Below are positions 16,209 to 22,739 of a stretch of 22,739 bases of DNA, piece by piece. Within the stretch, counting starts at the first letter, position 1; every line of letters begins with the position of its first letter. Below the pieces are notes generated by a model that had not been told where the DNA came from, ran no database searches, and worked only from the letters and a program-made list of their open reading frames with translations. The stretch is from Methanothrix sp. (lineage in GTDB: Archaea > Halobacteriota > Methanosarcinia > Methanotrichales > Methanotrichaceae), in NCBI GenBank assembly GCA_040770465.1, contig JAXGJB010000044.1:1-22739 (forward strand), read 5' to 3'. Made by a program: the position numbers and the translations under genes.

Positions 16209-19200
16209 ATGAGACGCTTTTTAACTCTCCTGACGTTGTTTGCCATATTCGCGATCGCAGCCGGTGCCCAGATGGAGAGGGGGACCAAATCGGATTCTCT
16301 GGAAGAGATCATCCTGGTCGGGGCCGACGACTGGCGTCCAGCGGTCGCAGCGACGCCTCTTGGAATCTGGTCGGAGGACGGCGGCGTCGAGACGAGGCCC
16401 ATCCTGATATTGCCGAGGGATGTTCAGGCAAAAGAGAGGCTTGGCTGGATCGATCAGGCCGACCTCGAACGGTACGGCCCGGTCTCCGCCCTCCACGCCA
16501 TGACCGCGGCCAACGTATCGGCCCTGGTGATAGACGCCGATGGAGATCTCGCGAAGAGCCTGGTGGAGGCGGCCAAAAAAGAGGGGGTAAAAGCTTACGT
16601 CACCGCCACCCTGGACGTTCCAGATGACTCCGAGACGGGGGTCTCCGATGATGACGTCCTGGAGGCAGAGGACGAAAAAGCCGCCTTGGGACTTTTGGCG
16701 GAGATGCTCGTAGGGGACCATGAGGTCGAACCTGCCACCAGATCCGGCTCCGTTCCGGAGGAGTACAGAGACCTTTATCCTGACTCGGCCCAGATCGCCA
16801 TCGGCTCCGGCGGCGTCGTCATCTCTGACCGATTATGCCCCGTGGATCCCGATGCCAGAGATCATCTCTACGACCGGGTCGAGGAGGTGATAGAAGATTA
16901 CGGCGCTGACGGCGTCGTCCTCCTCGACTTCGGATTCATCGACGAAGATCACTGCCTCTGCGACGTCTGCAAGGAGGAGTTCTACAACGATACGGGGGTC
17001 GACCTGTCCAGAGCGGGGTCCAGCAGCTATAACCAGCAGCTTTGGGCCCGATGGAAAGAGGAGCAGATAAAAGAGGTCGTCGGGGAGGTGGGCAACATCA
17101 CCTCCCAGCTCGGTCCCGCGAAGCTCGGCATCGCCCTGGGCGACCCCTTCGACCGGAGCGAGGGATACAACTTCGCTGAGATCTCCGACCTCGCCGACTT
17201 CGTGGTGGTGAACCCCGTCGATCCGGCGGACATGGGAGTGGCAGCATCGATGACCGACACCCCCGTCTACGTCAGGCTCAGCGACGACTACGTAGAGTAC
17301 ACCATATCCACCCAGAACGTGGAGGGTGCCGTCGGCCAAATCGAAGATCTGGCAGAGGAAGGCGCCTCCGGGATGGTCTTCGAATATGACGTCGTCTACA
17401 CCCCCCTCTGGTCGGAGCTTCAGCCTCCGTCCCCCTCGGTCCAATGGCTCATGGACCGGCTGGAGGGCAGGACCCTGGGCATAGGCGACGTACTCTGGGA
17501 CTGCGACTCGGTCATAAAATATAATGACAGCTCTGAGATGGCATCAAAGATCGCCTCACGGTGGGAAAGCTCCCCCGGTGCGGTCCTGGTGGGCGACAAC
17601 TACAGCGCCGGCCTCACCGGCGCGGCCATAGCATCTTACCTCAACTGGCCGATCCTCTTCGTCGACGGCGAGCTCTCCAACACCACCGAAAACGACCTGC
17701 TCCGCCTCGGGGCGACGACTGCGATCACAATGGGGCCCGTATCCGAGAGGGCAATATCTCGCCTCACCGACCTGAACATGACGATCGTGGAGGGGGATAA
17801 TGAGCTATTGGTCCATGAGATGAGGGCCCGCGGGGACGATGTAAACTCAGTGGTCCTGACCAACTCTCACGACCTCTCCCTCCTCGCCCCTAAGCCGAAA
17901 CTGGTCCTGACCAGGACGGAGATCGACGAGAACCTCGTCCTCGAGGTTGAGGCGAACCCGGCTGAGATCCCATCCGATCAGGAGGGCGAGATCGTCCGGC
18001 TCAAGATAACCCTCAAGAACGACGGCGATGAGGTCCTGGAGGATCTGGACCTGACCGACGTTTTCCTCCCCACGAGGCTCGTAGCCTGGTGGAGCTCTGC
18101 ATCCGGAAAAGTCGAGGTCGTCGATCCCTTAACAGGAGAGGAGCCGACCGTCGAAAGCTCCTTTTTCAGCGGGACGAGCCTCAACTGGACCGTCGACCAG
18201 CTGGGGCCTAAAGAGTACGCATCTCTGAATCTGGAGGTGCTGATCCTCCACGCTCTGGACGCGGGGTGGACCCAGCCCCTGGACGGCGGGATCTGGGTGA
18301 CCTACCACGACATGGATGAAGATGAGGATGAAGACGATGAGGACGGAAACGGCGGCGAAGATGGTGATGCCGCCGCAGACGGCCCGTTCGCCAACATAAC
18401 CTACCCCTCCGTCACCTCGCCGGGATGGACAAATCTGTCCTGGGATGTTACAAGGGATTTGTCCACCGTGATCCTCAACTACCGCAGCCCCGATGGGAGC
18501 GAAGACAGCCTCTACTTCTACAGCTGCCGGCCGGGGAAGGTCTCCAACGCCACCGTCCTCTTTGGAAGGCCGGGAACCTGGACCTTCAACCTCGAGGCGT
18601 GGAGCCAAGGCGAGATGGATCACAGGACCGAGAACTTCACAGTGAGGGTCAGATCCGCCGCCAGCCCCATCAACGTGACCGCCTTCAGCTTCACCAAGAT
18701 CCCCAAGATTTCCCTCATCTCGGCAGAGATGGCCGGGGCGAGGGGAGGGATCCTCGTCGATGTTGCAACTGATCCTCAGGATATCGATCCATCGGAGGTG
18801 GAGGAGGACCTCCAGACCCTGGTCGAAGAGCTGGATATCTCGCCGGCGTACCTGATCGTGGTGGGCGGACCCGGATCTCTTCCCTTCATATCCACGGGAG
18901 ATAGACAAACGTCATGGATCTTCGAGTACGACCTGTACCGCGATTACACAATCCAGCTCGACGACGATGGCTACCAGGACGTCGCCACTGGGAGGATGAT
19001 GGGACTGAGCGTCTACGACGCCTCCCAGATGGCCGCCAGAACCCTCGCCTACGACAGGATTGGAGGCGACTGGAGAGACTCCGCCCTGATAATATCGTCA
19101 CCTGCCGACATTCCCACCTGGCCCGCGTCGCCGGTACCGCTGCGGATCGGAGAGTACCTGAGGGCTGCGGGGCTCGACGCCGAGAACCTCCGCTGGGAGG

Positions 19201-20639
19201 AGGCAACCTACCAGAGGGTATCCTCGAAGATGAACAGCGGCGAGAACATCGTCTACTTCGATTATCATGGTGTCGAATGGGGCTGGGAACTCTCTGTCTG
19301 GTCCCTGATGGACCAGCTTCTGGACGAGGAGCATGTCAAGCAGCTGACCCTCGCACCTCAGACCACCACCACTTCGGCCTGCCTCACCTCCAGGTTGAAG
19401 GGGGAGATCTTCCCTTACAGAGACGGGATCGAGATATACATCCCGATGAGGCTGGAGGACTCCATGGCCCTGGCGTTCCTCAAGGCGGGGGGCGTGAACT
19501 ATGCCGGACCTGCCGCCAACTCCTGGATATTCATCTCCGATGACTATGTAGGAAGGATGCATCAGGCCATGATCTTCGAGAACGCCACCATCGGCGATTC
19601 GATAATGGCTGCAAACAACCATTACGCGTCGAAGATCCTGGCCACCGAGGGGATCGATCTTGAGAAGATCGACGAAACCCAGATCTGGGACCTCTCCGTC
19701 GAGGAGATGCTCAACCAGACCGTGAGAGTCTTCACCCTCCTTGGAGATCCCGCCTTCAGGCCCTCGATACCGAAGACCCCGGAGCTGCCCTATTCGGTCG
19801 AGACCTCGAACGTCACCGAATCGAACGCCACAAACGATGTATCGGTAACCATCACCCCTTCATCAGAGTGGTCCAGCGACTGGATCTACTGGATCGTCGA
19901 GGACTCGTCGGACGACTATCTGAGCCTCAACTCGCCCGCCGCCCTGATTGGAGAGGTGACCCTCCCCATAGACGCCGAGGAGATCGTGGTGAAAGAGAAG
20001 GGACGGGCTGTATGGCACGGCGAAGAATTGATCGGATCGTTCAAGCGGGTGACTTGGCCGGTTCTGAGCCCCGCCCTCGGCGAGAGCAGGACATTCACCG
20101 TCGAGTACAGGCTGATCCCGGGGGAGGTCCAGGTCGTCAACGTCTCGGTGGGGTGGACACCATTCTCCCTCCACCTCGCACCGAAGGATCCTTCCGTCAC
20201 CAAGCTCCTGGATAAGAAGGACTATCGAGGGATATTCACCATCGCAGGAGACGGCTGGAACTACACCATCAACGACGACCAGGCCGTCAACGTGACAGAC
20301 CTCGTGCCTGGGAGGGGGTACATCATAGACGGCCTGGAGAGCTTCTCCCTGGAGATAGCCGGAAAGCCGGTAGACCTCCCCTATGCTGTGGAGCTTTACG
20401 AGGGCTGGAACCTGGTGGGAGTTCCCAAAAACGAGACGGTCTTCCTCACCAACGTCACAGTGAGGGCGAACCACAAGCGATATTCATACTCCGAAGCCGT
20501 CGATGAGGGGATAGTCTCCGCCTTCCTCTGGACTTATCGGGACGGAGGTTGGGTCAATATAGAGAAGAACGAACCCATGATCCCCGGGGTGGCCTACATG
20601 GTGGAGGCTGCAGAAGAGTGCAAGCTGGAGTTTGGCTGA
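16209..20639 (+). CDS. Large secreted multidomain hydrolase: CWB2-like repeats, glycoside hydrolase-like TIM barrel, DUF11/Ig-like domains, peptidase C25 (gingipain-like) and paired GWN repeats
   Basis: Signal peptide. GH-like LCP.DP..R..L...VEEV...Y.ADGV.L.D with C.C..C. CWB2-like AA.ASYLNWPILFVDG.LS. C25 motifs YL.VVGG...LP, VATGR..G, YHG (H1020), SACLT (C1058), A.AFL..GG..Y.G, TIG, LLGDP. C-terminal GW(T/N)....PG.(G/A)Y repeats. RBS GGAGGTGG at 16196-16203. Confidence 0.85.
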   Translation: MRRFLTLLTLFAIFAIAAGAQMERGTKSDSLEEIILVGADDWRPAVAATPLGIWSEDGGVETRPILILPRDVQAKERLGWIDQADLERYGPVSALHAMTAANVSALVIDADGDLAKSLVEAAKKEGVKAYVTATLDVPDDSETGVSDDDVLEAEDEKAALGLLAEMLVGDHEVEPATRSGSVPEEYRDLYPDSAQIAIGSGGVVISDRLCPVDPDARDHLYDRVEEVIEDYGADGVVLLDFGFIDEDHCLCDVCKEEFYNDTGVDLSRAGSSSYNQQLWARWKEEQIKEVVGEVGNITSQLGPAKLGIALGDPFDRSEGYNFAEISDLADFVVVNPVDPADMGVAASMTDTPVYVRLSDDYVEYTISTQNVEGAVGQIEDLAEEGASGMVFEYDVVYTPLWSELQPPSPSVQWLMDRLEGRTLGIGDVLWDCDSVIKYNDSSEMASKIASRWESSPGAVLVGDNYSAGLTGAAIASYLNWPILFVDGELSNTTENDLLRLGATTAITMGPVSERAISRLTDLNMTIVEGDNELLVHEMRARGDDVNSVVLTNSHDLSLLAPKPKLVLTRTEIDENLVLEVEANPAEIPSDQEGEIVRLKITLKNDGDEVLEDLDLTDVFLPTRLVAWWSSASGKVEVVDPLTGEEPTVESSFFSGTSLNWTVDQLGPKEYASLNLEVLILHALDAGWTQPLDGGIWVTYHDMDEDEDEDDEDGNGGEDGDAAADGPFANITYPSVTSPGWTNLSWDVTRDLSTVILNYRSPDGSEDSLYFYSCRPGKVSNATVLFGRPGTWTFNLEAWSQGEMDHRTENFTVRVRSAASPINVTAFSFTKIPKISLISAEMAGARGGILVDVATDPQDIDPSEVEEDLQTLVEELDISPAYLIVVGGPGSLPFISTGDRQTSWIFEYDLYRDYTIQLDDDGYQDVATGRMMGLSVYDASQMAARTLAYDRIGGDWRDSALIISSPADIPTWPASPVPLRIGEYLRAAGLDAENLRWEEATYQRVSSKMNSGENIVYFDYHGVEWGWELSVWSLMDQLLDEEHVKQLTLAPQTTTTSACLTSRLKGEIFPYRDGIEIYIPMRLEDSMALAFLKAGGVNYAGPAANSWIFISDDYVGRMHQAMIFENATIGDSIMAANNHYASKILATEGIDLEKIDETQIWDLSVEEMLNQTVRVFTLLGDPAFRPSIPKTPELPYSVETSNVTESNATNDVSVTITPSSEWSSDWIYWIVEDSSDDYLSLNSPAALIGEVTLPIDAEEIVVKEKGRAVWHGEELIGSFKRVTWPVLSPALGESRTFTVEYRLIPGEVQVVNVSVGWTPFSLHLAPKDPSVTKLLDKKDYRGIFTIAGDGWNYTINDDQAVNVTDLVPGRGYIIDGLESFSLEIAGKPVDLPYAVELYEGWNLVGVPKNETVFLTNVTVRANHKRYSYSEAVDEGIVSAFLWTYRDGGWVNIEKNEPMIPGVAYMVEAAEECKLEFG

Positions 20640-20670
20640 AAGGATAGGTGAAAGGATAGGTTACGGTGAG

Positions 20671-20707
20671 AAAGAAAAAATTGCCATGACCTAATCAGGT
20701 CATGGCA
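20671..20707 (-). terminator. Perfect 11-bp hairpin plus U-tract terminator between convergent genes
   Basis: TGCCATGACCT-AATC-AGGTCATGGCA (20682-20707), followed on the minus strand by TTTTTTCTTT. Confidence 0.7.
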
Positions 20708-20737
20708 TCTCCTCAAACTCGCGGTCGAAGAGGAGAT

Positions 20738-21739
20738 TCAATTACCGGTCCAATATCTCCCTTTGCAATCGTTTCCTCCCTCGTCCCTGGTGCAAACCCG
20801 GAGCTGACAGGTGTCCTCGTCGGTGTATCCGTTGCAGGTCACATTACAGGTGTAGTAACCCGCGTCGCTCTCCTGGACGTTCCTTATGATGTAGGTGCTG
20901 GAGGTGGCCCCCTCGATGATCACTCCCGTCTCGGTGGACATCCCCTTATACCACTGGTAGCTGGGATCTTCGCAGCCCGAGACAAGCGCTCTCAGGGTGG
21001 CTGTCTCATTCCTGCACTTGCACTCGTTGGGGACGACGACGGCCAGGTTCTCGAAGACTCTGTACCTGATCTTATTGCTCTTGGTGATGACGTTCGTCTT
21101 CTCGTTTTGGACCTCGTACCAGACGGTGTAGTCGCCCGCCGAATCCGCACTGAACCAGACGTGGTAGGCCCTCTGCGCCTTCACCCGCCATTCGGGAACG
21201 TAAGTATGTTTAGTCCCGTCGGGCTTCAGCTCGCTGATGGTCAACTTCCCGTCCATCCCCGGTATTATCAGCTCCTTCGCGTACCTCCCCTTCTGTATCT
21301 CGAGCTTTGTGGTCCGGACGTTGGTGCTGTACGGAAAGACGATCCACAGGGCGTTCTCTTCGGGACCGGGCATCCCCGGATGGTCGATGGTGTCTCCCCA
21401 TCCGAACTCCTCCCCCTCAGATCCGGCGTAATCGCTGTAGAAGCCCTCGTCGATGACCCAGTCGTCGACATCGGCGCTTCCGTCCGACGACGCGTCAGAG
21501 ACCTCGTCACCCGAAACGTCGTCTGCCGAAACACCGCCGTCCGAGACGTTCTCTTCAGAGGAGGGTCCCACCTCACCTGGAGTCTCCCAGACGAAGTCGT
21601 CGCCAAAATCGAGCTCGTCGCCGAACGGGGACCAGTCCTCTCCGAAGGGCAAGGCCATCTCTTCATCCGCTCCGAGGGACGGAGAGACCAAGAATAGGCC
21701 GATGACCAATGCGGCCGTCAAAAGTTCAATCGCCTTCAT
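20738..21739 (-). CDS. Secreted protein: acidic disordered N-terminus, WF.AD beta-sandwich domain, Cys-rich immunoglobulin I-set-like domain
   Basis: Signal peptide; D/E/S-rich tract; ISELKPDG...WFSADSAG.Y.....SNKI.Y.V; then SYQWYKG...IEGATSSTY.I.NVQESDAGYYTC.V. Confidence 0.82.
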   Translation of the reverse strand: MKAIELLTAALVIGLFLVSPSLGADEEMALPFGEDWSPFGDELDFGDDFVWETPGEVGPSSEENVSDGGVSADDVSGDEVSDASSDGSADVDDWVIDEGFYSDYAGSEGEEFGWGDTIDHPGMPGPEENALWIVFPYSTNVRTTKLEIQKGRYAKELIIPGMDGKLTISELKPDGTKHTYVPEWRVKAQRAYHVWFSADSAGDYTVWYEVQNEKTNVITKSNKIRYRVFENLAVVVPNECKCRNETATLRALVSGCEDPSYQWYKGMSTETGVIIEGATSSTYIIRNVQESDAGYYTCNVTCNGYTDEDTCQLRVCTRDEGGNDCKGRYWTGN

Positions 21740-21777
21740 GCTAACAATCTCCCTTGATGATAACTTACAACCTACTG

Positions 21778-21797
21778 ATATAAAAGATTAATTTTTC
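21778..21797 (-). promoter_or_regulatory. BRE/TATA promoter of the Ig-domain gene
   Basis: Minus strand GAAAAATTAATCTTTTATAT about 40 bp upstream of ATG 21739, with a GGGAG RBS between. Confidence 0.55.
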
Positions 21798-22040
21798 AAA
21801 GATCGGTCCGGGTTTCCGCTCGCCGATCCCGTCGCCAAATCCGGGGATGGCAGGTTAAAATACGGTGGCTGGCGACGGCAGCCCGAGGTCGGTTCTGCCC
21901 CATACCGGGTCCCGCGCCGCCTTCGTCCTGGCGGTGCTGGAGGATCTCGCGCACCTCGGAGAGGAGGTGGTGGAGGGGGGAAAGTGCGAAATCAATCCGA
22001 CCGGCTGAAACAAAATCGCCGTTGATACAGAACTCGCCGA

Positions 22041-22739
22041 TCAGGCCGGACCCTCATCCTCAGCCTCGATCCTCTCTTCGAGCCTGGATTTGAGGTGACC
22101 GATGAGCCGATCCGCCTCTTCGGATCGTGGGAGAAACTCTAGGGTCTCATCGAGGTATCTTCGATCCCTGACCGCCACCAGGGCGGGCCGATAGTTCAGG
22201 TCGAAGACCCAGCTCGCCTGGAGGAGCTTGAAGTCGTTGAGCCGTTTGACGCCGGCGAGCTTCACGATCTTCCCGGCTGCGATGTCGCGAACGACCGCCT
22301 CGCTGATCCCCGGATCGTCGGATAGGTCCAGCTCCAGAGCCGCGTTCCGATACCCTTCCGTCTCGCGCCTACGGTAGTAGTCGAGGAGGACGGCCCAGAT
22401 GTCCAGCTTATCGGCGTCGCGGAGGAGCTTTGAGAAGAAGAGGCATCGGTCCGACTCCTCCTCCGATAGGCTGGCCCGGTTGTGGCGGGATATAGCCTTG
22501 AGGATGAGCTCCTGCTCCAATGGGTCGAGAGGGTCGAGGACCCGGTTTTCTCGGAGGACTTTTACGGAGAGGGCGGCGTGGTCGCAGGATCGGCGATCGG
22601 AGAAGGTCCCGTAAGTGGCGTACTGGGGGAAGCGGCCGAGGTCGTGAAATAAGGCCATCGCCTCCGCCAGGCGGAGGTCGTCGTCGTTGAGGTCGAGGGA
22701 TTCGCCGATCTCGCGGATCTCCCGGCGTACGCGGGCGGT
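22041..22739 (-). CDS. HD-domain metal-dependent phosphohydrolase (5' end outside the window)
   Basis: ALFHDLGRF.QY..Y.TF.D..S.DHA, AI..HN and LRDADKLDI. The frame stays open to the window edge (TARVRREIREIGESLDL...). Confidence 0.92.
   Translation of the reverse strand, partial: TARVRREIREIGESLDLNDDDLRLAEAMALFHDLGRFPQYATYGTFSDRRSCDHAALSVKVLRENRVLDPLDPLEQELILKAISRHNRASLSEEESDRCLFFSKLLRDADKLDIWAVLLDYYRRRETEGYRNAALELDLSDDPGISEAVVRDIAAGKIVKLAGVKRLNDFKLLQASWVFDLNYRPALVAVRDRRYLDETLEFLPRSEEADRLIGHLKSRLEERIEAEDEGPA

Noticed and set aside
20702-21697. 331-aa plus-strand ORF and other long overlapping ORFs (6133-6807, 7890-8756, 14631-15605, 18129-18908)
   Set aside because: These are antisense or alternate-frame ORFs expected in GC-rich coding DNA; the opposite frames carry the recognisable domains.
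21865-22008. 47-codon plus-strand frame (…AAFVLAVLEDLAHLGEEVVEGG…) with coding-like codons
   Set aside because: Short, no clear RBS or recognisable family; it may be a gene remnant but cannot be supported.

Overview
GC-rich archaeal chromosomal window, most likely from a Methanotrichaceae methanogen (Methanothrix/Methanocrinis-like). This is inferred from archaeal-type FtsZ, DUF2240, DUF1699, a COG3388 wHTH gene, TATA/BRE elements and GGAGG/GGTGA ribosome-binding sites. About 19 coding regions are supported, dominated by secreted or envelope proteins. Highlights: (1) a Fic/Doc toxin gene missing from the ORF track, broken by one in-frame TGA (18-380); (2) an ATP-dependent DNA ligase homologue lacking its catalytic lysine, other catalytic residues and the OB domain, coupled to a wHTH regulator; (3) an abutting gene pair encoding an Ig/CWB2-like protein and a 1476-aa protein that nests a Cys4 glycoside-hydrolase-like barrel and Ig domains inside CWB2-like repeats, followed by an apparently intact gingipain-like C25 protease, a candidate envelope/sheath-remodelling machine; (4) recently amplified repeat proteins (5x63-aa Ca-loop repeats; a Tyr/Ser/Gly repeat head on a stalk with about 20 N-glycosylation sequons); (5) an AT-rich islet. 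No CRISPR array, rRNA, tRNA or intact mobile element was seen. All family calls come from reading motifs by eye, not from database searches.
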